From a virus (taxonomy: Duplodnaviria > Caudoviricetes), in the IMG/VR virus record IMGVR_UViG_3300020428_000014, positions 1 to 54,203 of that record: a stretch of 54,203 bases of DNA, one strand, 5' to 3'. Position 1 is the stretch's first letter; each line of letters opens with the position of its first letter. This document shows positions 1 through 7,462 of the stretch, piece after piece. The notes below the pieces were generated by a model. The model was not told the origin of the DNA and searched no databases. It was given only the letters and a program-made list of their open reading frames with translations. Made by a program: the position numbers and the translations under genes.

Positions 1-434
1 GCACCGATTTCTAAAGGATGCATGGGGAGGGGCGTGCGATTGATGAGCCCCGCGCCGCATCGTTTCCAGCGGCAGCAGGGGCAAGCGTCACCCCTTGAGA
101 GATTCGGTTTTCAATGTTCCCCCAAATTGTACACCGTCAAAAGTGCACGGCCGGGCTTTTTTCTTTTCTCTTTTTATTTCAGGGCCGGTGCGCCTATTGG
201 CACAGGCTGCGGCAGATTGGGCCTGTTTCGTGCTCTGCGGCATTGTCTGGCAATGGTGGCCGCGGGGAGAGTGTGAGGTGTGTTGCGGGGTTTACCGCTC
301 AAGCATCACAGGGGAGCAACTATTTTTCAGGGGTTTCCGTAGCCATTCTGCCGGATTACGCGCAGAAATCAACGGTTTAAATATTAAGCTTTGTAAATAT
401 CATTAAGTTTTGTAATTGCATGAGACTGGAGTAG

Positions 435-451
435 TTGAGAATCGTTCTCAA
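435..451. promoter_or_regulatory. Palindrome TTGAGAA-TCG-TTCTCAA (Fur-family-box-like) upstream of thyX
   Basis: Perfect 7-bp arms read directly; function is inferred. Confidence 0.4.
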
Positions 452-628
452 ATACTTTTAGCGTGCGGGCGCAAACTTAAGTCGAAGCCTCGAGCCCAAA
501 TAGCAAATCTCAATCGTGGGCGCTTACTATGCATTAAAGACTGCCGAACGATTTTGCACCCTATTAAAACCGGGTGTCCGCAAGTCTCAGCCTTCATTAA
601 AACCGATCCGCTGCGGGTCTCACACACT

Positions 629-1291
629 ATGCATTCCGCGAAGTTTGTTCATTGCACTCCAAATGCCGAAGAGCTCATCGTCGATATGGCCAGGGTAAGC
701 AACCCTATCAACCAAGGGCATCCTGAAACCGCGCCTCGACTACTGCGTTATCTCTTGCGTATGGGCCATGTTAGCCCGTTTGAGATGGCTACCCTCGCGG
801 TGGAAATCACCACGACCAGAGCTATTAGCCCGCAGATTCTGCGCCATGGCAAAGGATTTAGTTTTCAAGAGTTCTCGCAGCGATACTCCAATGTGAATCA
901 GTTGGAATTGATCGCCCCTTTCCATCTCCGCTCCCAAGATTCCAAAAACAAGCAGGCCAGTCATGATGACCTACCGGACTGGAAGGTCGAGCGCCTTACC
1001 AAGATGATCGAAAAGCATCTCTGGGATGCTCAAGAGCTTTATAAAAGCTTGATTGAAGAAGGTGTCGCGCTTGAGTGTGCGCGTTCCGTTCTCCCTCAAT
1101 GCCAGCCGACAAAACTCTACATGCATGGAAATTTGCGCTCATGGATCCATTACCTGACCACTCGCTGTGCCCCAGAGACTCAGCTAGAACATCGCAATAT
1201 TGCGAACAGCATTAAACAGATCTTTTCCCAAAACTTTCCTATTATCCATAAAGCAGTTTTTGAGCCCCCACCCACTTGCTCATCTCCTTAG
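629..1291 (+). CDS. thyX: Flavin-dependent thymidylate synthase
   Basis: GHVSPFEM, QILRH..FSFQEFSQRY, ARSVLP, GNLRSWIHYL.TR and TQLEHR motifs. Start set at ATG 629 (MHSAKFVH), not 416. Confidence 0.95.
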   Translation: MHSAKFVHCTPNAEELIVDMARVSNPINQGHPETAPRLLRYLLRMGHVSPFEMATLAVEITTTRAISPQILRHGKGFSFQEFSQRYSNVNQLELIAPFHLRSQDSKNKQASHDDLPDWKVERLTKMIEKHLWDAQELYKSLIEEGVALECARSVLPQCQPTKLYMHGNLRSWIHYLTTRCAPETQLEHRNIANSIKQIFSQNFPIIHKAVFEPPPTCSSP

Positions 1292-2102
1292 CGAATACTT
1301 CGCTGAAGACTTTCTCTAGATTCTTATTATGCGATGCCTCCACCGCAAATTCAAAATCATATTTTTTAGGCAGTACCGGCGTATCTTCTAGTTGCTGAAT
1401 CATTCGCTTTAGGTACGATTTCTTGCCTCCCATCTTTTTATATGCGCCAGGTGGTAAGGGTTTGTCTGTATAGTCCTTACCGCCTGCCCTTGCTTTGCGC
1501 CGAAACACTAAATTCTTATTGCCGTGCTCTTTAGCATTTGGAACATATAACCAGTCTTCTTCATGACTTCTCACGTCTGGCTTGCCTAGCCTTTTTTTGT
1601 TTGACTCAAGATCCTTAAACGATCCAAACTTCCGAGCCGCCCATAGACCCGCTACCACAGTGTTGCTCCATGCCTGGCTTTTCCCCCGATAAGGCGCCTC
1701 TCTGTCTGGGACCCAGTACCCTCGGGTTACTCCCATTTGTTCCAAACGGCGCATCGCTTTTGTTCGGTAAGCCAACCCTCCGTTGACTTGGGTGAACAAA
1801 TAGAACGCCGCCGGGTTCCCGTCACCTGTATCTTTATGCCCAAACGTAAGTTTTAAATTATCCTTCCTGACCCCTTGAGCTGTTGAAAACAACGAATTAA
1901 GTGTCCATTTTGACCGTCTTTGGAATGAGTCATTCATCTCATGCCGCATGTCAGCCCATACTGGACCGCCCCTAGTACCCTTGCTCGTTACCCAGAACAT
2001 CTTACGCAAAGTCTGCGAAGCCATAAAAGGGAGCTGATACAACTGAAGGATATTAAGATCATCAATCAGCTCGTTAAAGGTAACGCTAATCTTTTCTGTC
2101 AC
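1242..2102 (-). CDS. Basic phage protein, possibly gpZ-like tail completion/neck protein
   Basis: N-terminal QLPFMASQTL resembles the QLPFA.SQAL-type start of Z-like proteins. K/R-rich, and no gpZ is seen in the tail module. Confidence 0.45.
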   Translation of the reverse strand: MTEKISVTFNELIDDLNILQLYQLPFMASQTLRKMFWVTSKGTRGGPVWADMRHEMNDSFQRRSKWTLNSLFSTAQGVRKDNLKLTFGHKDTGDGNPAAFYLFTQVNGGLAYRTKAMRRLEQMGVTRGYWVPDREAPYRGKSQAWSNTVVAGLWAARKFGSFKDLESNKKRLGKPDVRSHEEDWLYVPNAKEHGNKNLVFRRKARAGGKDYTDKPLPPGAYKKMGGKKSYLKRMIQQLEDTPVLPKKYDFEFAVEASHNKNLEKVFSEVFAKEMSKWVGAQKLLYG

Positions 2103-2298
2103 AATTCAATGCTGGCTCTTCCTCTCCATTATCTACACTTTTGGTCGGTGGGAGTTCAGCCTTTCTACTACAAAACAGGCCAGTATAAAAGCCATGAAAC
2201 GGATGCCCCGGATCAGCTCTCCCGTCATCGATGTATGCCCTTTCAAGCTGTTCTTGGATTGCACGCTGTATGAAAACAGTGTTTAGCGGATCAATCAT
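2086..2298 (-). CDS. Cyanophage-type hypothetical protein
   Basis: LERAYIDDGRADPGHPFHGFYTGL motif recalled from cyanosiphovirus small proteins; overlapping operon. Confidence 0.7.
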   Translation of the reverse strand: MIDPLNTVFIQRAIQEQLERAYIDDGRADPGHPFHGFYTGLFCSRKAELPPTKSVDNGEEEPALNCDRKD

Positions 2299-2467
2299 CT
2301 GAGCCGTTTCGTTTGTTTCTTACCTCTAATTGTCGGGCTATCGCATCCCTTAATTGCTTTTCCTTCTCTTCTACTAAATGCATAGAAGACACGTAACAGC
2401 ATGCGGTGATGCCATATTCAGTTATGCAAGCTTTGATCTGTCCATCCGGCATATTCTCCAGGTCCAT
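2291..2467 (-). CDS. Cyanophage-type hypothetical protein
   Basis: MDLENMPDGQIKACI...VSSMHLVEEK; start moved to ATG 2467. Confidence 0.65.
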   Translation of the reverse strand: MDLENMPDGQIKACITEYGITACCYVSSMHLVEEKEKQLRDAIARQLEVRNKRNGSDD

Positions 2468-2684
2468 CCTTTGCGATCTCCAGTGATTTTGCCTTGACTG
2501 CAGCCATCTCAAGCTTGACCCTACCAAACAAGTAGTTATGCTTTTCTACTACAGTTGGCTCTTTCAACCTTAATTGCATCCAGGACTCTGCAAGGACTTG
2601 ATAGCCCTCTGCAAATGTTGTTAATAGCAATTTCCAGGCCTCATAGTCCTCTTTAGGGACATCGATTGTTTCGGGACTAGTCAT
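2418..2684 (-). CDS. Hypothetical protein
   Basis: ORF within the operon; likely start MTSPET at 2684. Confidence 0.55.
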   Translation of the reverse strand: MTSPETIDVPKEDYEAWKLLLTTFAEGYQVLAESWMQLRLKEPTVVEKHNYLFGRVKLEMAAVKAKSLEIAKDGPGEYAGWTDQSLHN

Positions 2685-2970
2685 TTGAAGATTCGTCAGA
2701 TGTGAATATCCTGTATGGCTTATTGGCGGCGACATTCTCTATCTCTCTGCGCAGGTAATACATAGCCTTCCCTAGATCTGTATGCTTTCCCTCCCCACTC
2801 TTGAAGCCAGCACGGCTTACATATTTAACGACATTGCCCAAATTAAAACTAAGCCCTTGGTCTTCAATGTAGTCAATGACTTCTATACACCCGCGGCGGT
2901 AATGCTCTGGCCTAAGTTTGCCATCGGCTGGTACTTGCCGAAAGCGGCTGCTTACATCCTGACTTGCCAT
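2677..2970 (-). CDS. DUF3310 (SaV-like) family protein
   Basis: PEHY..GCIEVIDYIE...FNLGNVVKYVSRAGFK...DLGKAMYYL signature. Confidence 0.85.
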   Translation of the reverse strand: MASQDVSSRFRQVPADGKLRPEHYRRGCIEVIDYIEDQGLSFNLGNVVKYVSRAGFKSGEGKHTDLGKAMYYLRREIENVAANKPYRIFTSDESSND

Positions 2971-2991
2971 TAGTGGGGTGTTCTGCTTGCC

Positions 2992-3408
2992 TTACCTTAA
3001 ATACGCTTCCAAGTAAGTCCCAATGATCGGCTCGTTGGTCTGTTGATCCATTCGCCAGAACCCCTTGGCTAGATCATCGTGGATCGCTCTCTGTTCGGTG
3101 GATGCTGCTCCAGTGTTGATCAGGCAGAGCAGGATCATTCTGATTGCGTCGTAGGTAAGCCCAATGTCGCATGTGCTAATCCCTGCAGGAGCCACAAAGG
3201 TCATGAAACGGTTGCGCAGCTTTAGCAGCGCCTGCCAGTCTTTGATTGGCTCCTTGTCGTTACACTCAACCACAGCATTCTTAAGTGCTCGCAGTCCTTC
3301 TGCATTGACCTGCACAATACAGAAGCCTTTTTTTACCTCTGCTTTTAATTGATCACTGAATCTCGTCAGTTTTGGTCCCTTTGTTGAGGAAATTGTCGAG
3401 TGGGTCAT
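2992..3408 (-). CDS. Hypothetical protein
   Basis: 138-aa ORF within the operon. Confidence 0.6.
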   Translation of the reverse strand: MTHSTISSTKGPKLTRFSDQLKAEVKKGFCIVQVNAEGLRALKNAVVECNDKEPIKDWQALLKLRNRFMTFVAPAGISTCDIGLTYDAIRMILLCLINTGAASTEQRAIHDDLAKGFWRMDQQTNEPIIGTYLEAYLR

Positions 3409-3520
3409 GTCCTGAATTGATAATTGAAACTGCTCGTTTGTAATAACTAGTGTTTGTAAATCCCGCTTTTCTTAGCGCTTCTTCGACTCGCCTCCAATTG
3501 TCAAGAGTTTCTTCGTCCAT
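3353..3520 (-). CDS. Small conserved cyanophage-type protein (55 aa, not in the ORF track)
   Basis: Translated by hand: MDEETLDNWRRVEEALRKAGFTNTSYYKRAVSIINSGHDPL...; GGAG upstream; resembles the cyanophage NW..I...G.T...YKRA....DPL family as recalled. Confidence 0.7.
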   Translation of the reverse strand: MDEETLDNWRRVEEALRKAGFTNTSYYKRAVSIINSGHDPLDNFLNKGTKTDEIQ

Positions 3521-3636
3521 CCTTCTTGCTCCGTGTTGCGAAAGGTTTGGTTTGACTTCTTAGCTTCGACGTTATTCATTACTGGTGCTTCTAATCCATG
3601 GCTCATACGCCTCGTGAGCGGTAGAGACAATGCTTC

Positions 3637-3686
3637 AAGAAAAAGGCCCCAGGGTTACCCTCGCTTCGGGCAACCACCGGGGGCCA
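3637..3686 (-). terminator. Probable intrinsic terminator downstream of sigma factor 1
   Basis: Minus strand GGCCCCCGGTGGTTGCCC-loop-GGGTAACCCTGGGGCC followed by TTTTTT. Confidence 0.6.
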
Positions 3687-3711
3687 ATCGCACCCCCACA
3701 TAATAACCAGT

Positions 3712-4704
3712 TTATCCTGCGATGTCAAACCTCCATTCTTTCGCTTTGCGCCGGAGTTTCTTTAACGCGCCATGGTGAATCTGTCTAATTCCCTCTGTAC
3801 TCAATTTCTTACCAGTATCAAATGCCGCGATTTGTGAAAATGTACGAGCCCTTTGTCCGTTTAAGCCAAAATACGACGCCAAGACACGCTTCTCAATGTC
3901 TTTTAATTTGGTATGCTGAATTAAAGTTTCAAGCCCATTCTCCGGTATCGAGTCCCATATGGTCTCTTCGCTGGCTCGTCTTGAGTCTTGGCATATGAGA
4001 ATATCGGCCATAGATACAGCAGCTTTCCCTTCCCTGGCGTTTTTGAAAGTTGAGTCGAGCGGGAATACTTGTCGACAATAAGCCGTCTCCAAATCTTCCA
4101 AACGCGCACGACTGATGCCTGTCTCTTCAAATATCTCTTCGTGTGTCGGCTCCCTATGTAGCCGGCAATTGTAATCTTTGGTCATTTTTTTAACTTGAAG
4201 GTATTGCTGCCTCGCACCAGAGGGAATCCGAATAGTTTCTAAGACCCCGTAGCCATAGCGCTGGATACCTTGTCTGATCCACCATGTTGCATATGTTGAG
4301 AACTTATAGCCCAATGTGTAGTCGTATCTATCGCAGGCCTTAAGTAAGCCTTCACAGCCGCATTGAATTAAATCCATAATATCGGTCCCTTTTCGATGAG
4401 CAGCGTTGGCCAGGCTTACTACTAAACGCAGATTGCAATTTGCTAATTTGCTGCGTGCTCTTTTGCCTAGCCTCACCTGCTGTGGGGTTGCAGTTTCAGC
4501 TTGCCCCTCCTTCACCTGACGACCGAGAATCAACTCCTGCTCTGCAGTGAGTAAAGAGTAGCGCCCAAGTTTATTTAAGAAGCGAGCATAAGTCTCAGCG
4601 TTCGATGCATTAACAACGCTCCCATATCTGCCACGTCGGTTTTGTGCAGTCATTAAATCGCGACCCCTAAGGGCTTTTCCCATTCGGCTAGTCGTTCTAT
4701 CCAT
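3712..4704 (-). CDS. Sigma-70 family (RpoD-like) RNA polymerase sigma factor 1
   Basis: LLTAEQELILG, NLRLVVS, DLIQ.G..GL, GYKFSTYATWWIRQ and a region 4 HTH. Confidence 0.93.
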   Translation of the reverse strand: MDRTTSRMGKALRGRDLMTAQNRRGRYGSVVNASNAETYARFLNKLGRYSLLTAEQELILGRQVKEGQAETATPQQVRLGKRARSKLANCNLRLVVSLANAAHRKGTDIMDLIQCGCEGLLKACDRYDYTLGYKFSTYATWWIRQGIQRYGYGVLETIRIPSGARQQYLQVKKMTKDYNCRLHREPTHEEIFEETGISRARLEDLETAYCRQVFPLDSTFKNAREGKAAVSMADILICQDSRRASEETIWDSIPENGLETLIQHTKLKDIEKRVLASYFGLNGQRARTFSQIAAFDTGKKLSTEGIRQIHHGALKKLRRKAKEWRFDIAG

Positions 4705-5068
4705 GAGGAATTTGGAATTTGTTACTTGTTGGTTGGTACATGATTACGTAAGCCAATCGCAGTATTAGTTGGTCCTCTTTCCGAAGCTGAAAATATGGCC
4801 GTTCTTCCATGCAGTAAAGAACAGTGTCTACGACTTCCCTCCACTGGGCCCAATTGTCTATGGCGTGGCTAATGATCGTCCCGTCATTGACTAGGAAAGG
4901 CTCTTGGTCTCGAAAGCACAAGACAAGACCAGAGCCCCTCTCCAGACATCCGCGTTCTGACAAAAGAATCTCGTCACCTTCTGTCGCGTTGTCTATCCAA
5001 ACACCGATTGTGACTGTTACTGCCATAAAGGATTGGAGTGAGATCCCCTTAGGTAGTTCGACCGTCAT
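4697..5068 (-). CDS. Hypothetical protein
   Basis: Start MTVELPK coupled by a TAATG overlap to the upstream ORF. Confidence 0.55.
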   Translation of the reverse strand: MTVELPKGISLQSFMAVTVTIGVWIDNATEGDEILLSERGCLERGSGLVLCFRDQEPFLVNDGTIISHAIDNWAQWREVVDTVLYCMEERPYFQLRKEDQLILRLAYVIMYQPTSNKFQIPHG

Positions 5069-5403
5069 TAACCACTGTTTGCTAGCCAATTCATCATATC
5101 CACATATAATTTCTGAAGTTCTCTCGCAGCGCTCGATGAAGGATCTAGGTCTACCAAGCGATCCTTGAACAACTGCTCGATACCAGCCTTTAATGGTGTC
5201 CGCGATGCTTCGCTTATAACCTTGGCCAGTCTTTTCGAGGCCGATTCGTTTGATCGCATAACTACAGCTCCAATCTCTGTACTTTTCATACAAGCGGTCT
5301 GTTGCTCGTGTTGCTTCTTTGATCTCGTATAGTCTGGCTTGCAACCAAAATACAAGGGTGACATCAAGTGATGTTCTTTGATGAACTGATTCCATGTCTT
5401 CAT
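5068..5403 (-). CDS. Hypothetical protein
   Basis: AAGGA immediately before ATG; stop/start overlap with the next gene. Confidence 0.6.
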   Translation of the reverse strand: MKTWNQFIKEHHLMSPLYFGCKPDYTRSKKQHEQQTACMKSTEIGAVVMRSNESASKRLAKVISEASRTPLKAGIEQLFKDRLVDLDPSSSAARELQKLYVDMMNWLANSG

Positions 5404-5407
5404 TCCT

Positions 5408-5569
5408 TTAGGATCGCTGGCTGGAGGCTTTAACTACTACTTGATTTGTCAGTAGCGTTTGTGGCTTGAAAATCACGGGCCTGAGGTTTTGCCAGTTCAA
5501 TGCGCCATAAATCATGCACGCTGATCCAATTGCTAGGCTGAAGCCTAGAAACTTGTTCGTTGAGTTCAT
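5408..5569 (-). CDS. Small predicted membrane protein (53 aa, not in the ORF track)
   Basis: MNSTNKFLGFSLAIGSACMIYGALNW... has one hydrophobic segment and fills the operon gap. Confidence 0.5.
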   Translation of the reverse strand: MNSTNKFLGFSLAIGSACMIYGALNWQNLRPVIFKPQTLLTNQVVVKASSQRS

Positions 5570-5629
5570 TGTTTTGGGTTGGCTATAATTTATTTTTTAT
5601 TAGTAAAAGCTATAATCTGCTCTTCAGTG

Positions 5630-6058
5630 CTACAGTGTGAGTATCGTAATCAAAGCGCCGGGTCGTTCATCTGGCATGCAGTAGAACTTTGATATCTCGG
5701 CAGAAGATATCCTGCTGTCGTCAATTAACAGCCCCGCATCTACAATCGCGTCTTCAGTACTCCGCATGATCTTGGATAGATCAGGGATATGTGAATGATA
5801 AATTGGAGCGCTTTCTTTAAGTTGACCATTTGTCCGATAGTGCGATTTCGGACGAGCGAATAGGAATTTTATTTTTATCGCCACCGGATGTGTAATAACC
5901 GGATACCCGGTTTCCGCGGCTGCTGTTTGTACTAATAACCGCCATGGCTTGCACCTCTTAGACGCTTCAATAATGCGTCCCCCACCTACATGGCGCTTAG
6001 AGCCTTGGGGAGCGGGGCTCATCCCTTGGACCCTAAAACTAATCAACTCATGACCCAT
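5630..6058 (-). CDS. rusA: RusA-family Holliday junction resolvase
   Basis: PAPQGSKRHVG, F.FARPKSH and PDLSKIMRSTEDAI...DDSRI motifs. Confidence 0.9.
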   Translation of the reverse strand: MGHELISFRVQGMSPAPQGSKRHVGGGRIIEASKRCKPWRLLVQTAAAETGYPVITHPVAIKIKFLFARPKSHYRTNGQLKESAPIYHSHIPDLSKIMRSTEDAIVDAGLLIDDSRISSAEISKFYCMPDERPGALITILTL

Positions 6059-6067
6059 AGGGCCATG

Positions 6068-6445
6068 TTATTTATCCATTTTCAGACTCCAGTGGGGTTT
6101 GCCTACGACAAGGGTCATGGTGGCTTCCCCTTTCCTTTGCTCCCGTTCCTTTTGTGCAGTTAATTCCATCTCAGCCGTTTCTACAGCTTGGCTGTATTCC
6201 CATTTCTGGGTTTCCCGGCCTTTATTGAGTCGAAATCTCCAATCCCCATGTCTAAAAGAGGCAGGCAACCGGTCCGCAGATGTCTGCTCGCTCAGTTTGG
6301 TAAGAAGCTCCTCGTATTCCGCTTTCCATAACTCGTAATTACTACGGGCTTGGATCACGCTTTCGACAAGTGCTTGCTGCCAGTCGTCTAGGGGCTCAGA
6401 TGTGCTCAATTGGTCGTTGTGCGAAGAAGGCGTTTCCGCCTGCAC
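6068..6445 (-). CDS. Hypothetical protein
   Basis: Helical/coiled-coil ORF between the nuclease and RusA. Confidence 0.65.
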   Translation of the reverse strand: MQAETPSSHNDQLSTSEPLDDWQQALVESVIQARSNYELWKAEYEELLTKLSEQTSADRLPASFRHGDWRFRLNKGRETQKWEYSQAVETAEMELTAQKEREQRKGEATMTLVVGKPHWSLKMDK

Positions 6446-6448
6446 ATG

Positions 6449-6476
6449 AAATTACTTCAATCGGCACGCCTGTCAA
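6449..6476 (-). promoter_or_regulatory. Candidate sigma70 promoter TTGACA-N16-TAATTT
   Basis: Consensus -35 in an intergenic region next to an operator-like palindrome. Confidence 0.4.
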
Positions 6477-6488
6477 CCCACTACGTGG

Positions 6489-6510
6489 CGCCTATCACTC
6501 GTGAGAGGCG
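6489..6510. promoter_or_regulatory. Operator-like palindrome, copy 1 (CGCCTATCAC-TC-GTGAGAGGCG)
   Basis: 9/10 dyad symmetry; core recurs at 9728, 12204 and 13814. Confidence 0.65.
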
Positions 6511-6516
6511 ATCTGG

Positions 6517-7206
6517 CTAGACCGTGCGCTCCTGCTTGCAGTAGTCGCTCCACTTATTCCGCCATGCCGTTAGGCACTCATCTGCTGTCAGGGACTGCAG
6601 CCTCGTCTCGTTTGGCCGTGACCAGATAACCATTGCGTTATCAAATCGGACGCCACATTCGCTACATAGAGAAATGTAACATCCCAGTTGCGCTTTCACT
6701 GAATAGGGCCTGCCTCCCTTCTTCTGCGTCTTTAAGTCGAAGATCGTATAACTGTATCCGTCGCTACTGTTTTTGTCTTCCTCTCGGAAGGCTCCGTCAA
6801 ACGTTCCCGCCAAATTGAGCTCCCTTGAGGCGACCATGTATTCAGTGGCAATAACCTCTACTTCGCTCCAAAGCGGGTGGGTTACTAATGGTGCAATGTG
6901 CTCCCTGAACTGAGCGAAGGCCTCTGCGTTTTCAATTCGCTGCTCTGCTGCCTTCTGACGTGCCCCATAAGACGGGTGGAATCTTGCTTCTAGTTCCAGT
7001 TGCAGCGCCAGGTGTGTATTGACCCCACGGGGCTCCCACTCGTGGCGTGTGACCTCGATCTGCTGACGCCTGAAGTCGGTCATGTCATGCCCGCATACCC
7101 CGGTAGTGCTCACCGCAATGACTTCATCCCCAACCCAATATCGATGATTCTCATCTCGTCTTAAATTCGGGTTTTGACCCAACCAAGTGGGTGTTTTTGG
7201 GTGCAT
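6517..7206 (-). CDS. PD-(D/E)XK (Cas4-like) exonuclease
   Basis: HRY...STTGV, RGVNTH, ATEY...LAGTFDG...IFDLKT and AQLGCY motifs. Confidence 0.8.
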   Translation of the reverse strand: MHPKTPTWLGQNPNLRRDENHRYWVGDEVIAVSTTGVCGHDMTDFRRQQIEVTRHEWEPRGVNTHLALQLELEARFHPSYGARQKAAEQRIENAEAFAQFREHIAPLVTHPLWSEVEVIATEYMVASRELNLAGTFDGAFREEDKNSSDGYSYTIFDLKTQKKGGRPYSVKAQLGCYISLCSECGVRFDNAMVIWSRPNETRLQSLTADECLTAWRNKWSDYCKQERTV

Positions 7207-7232
7207 TGGACAGAGTCGGTCAAAAAGTGCTT

Positions 7233-7462
7233 GGGGGCGTCCATACCCGCGTCGGGTATAACTGACTAAACCCTAGTCATACCAATTGATTGCAAAGTAC
7301 CCGACCCTTTTGAAAATTCGGGTACTTACCGAATCTTAACCATGTAACAAGTACCTTAACATAAATACCATCGGGTATTTCACTTCCCAGTTATAGATTA
7401 AAAAACACCCCTTTTATACCCGAACTTTTATGGACGCCCCCCACCACTATTTTCGGGTACTT
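7233..7462. repeat. Iteron/inverted-repeat cluster, putative replication origin
   Basis: Seven CGGGTA/TACCCG copies and a 13-bp inverted repeat (7233-7245 / 7429-7441) directly downstream of the primase-helicase gene. Confidence 0.65.

Noticed and set aside
22-406. Three overlapping short plus-strand ORFs at the left end
   Set aside because: Low-complexity translations with no motifs, in a probable cos/regulatory region
416-628. N-terminal extension of ThyX
   Set aside because: ThyX similarity starts at ATG 629; the upstream part looks regulatory
3472-3606. 44-aa minus-strand ORF MSHGLEAP...
   Set aside because: It overlaps the better-supported 3353-3520 ORF and has no motif
5069-5395. N-terminal half of the 232-aa ORF 4697-5395 as a dual-coding region
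   Set aside because: The 5068-5403 frame has an RBS and stop-start coupling, so two consecutive genes explain it more simply
7335-7362. Cyanobacterial Pho box (CTTAAC repeats)
   Set aside because: Spacing is 20 bp rather than 11 or 22, and the repeats lie within the origin-like array
6517-7462. Cas4-like nuclease plus adjacent repeats as a CRISPR-like system
   Set aside because: The repeats are 6-13 bp, in mixed orientation and without regular spacers; no other cas genes are present
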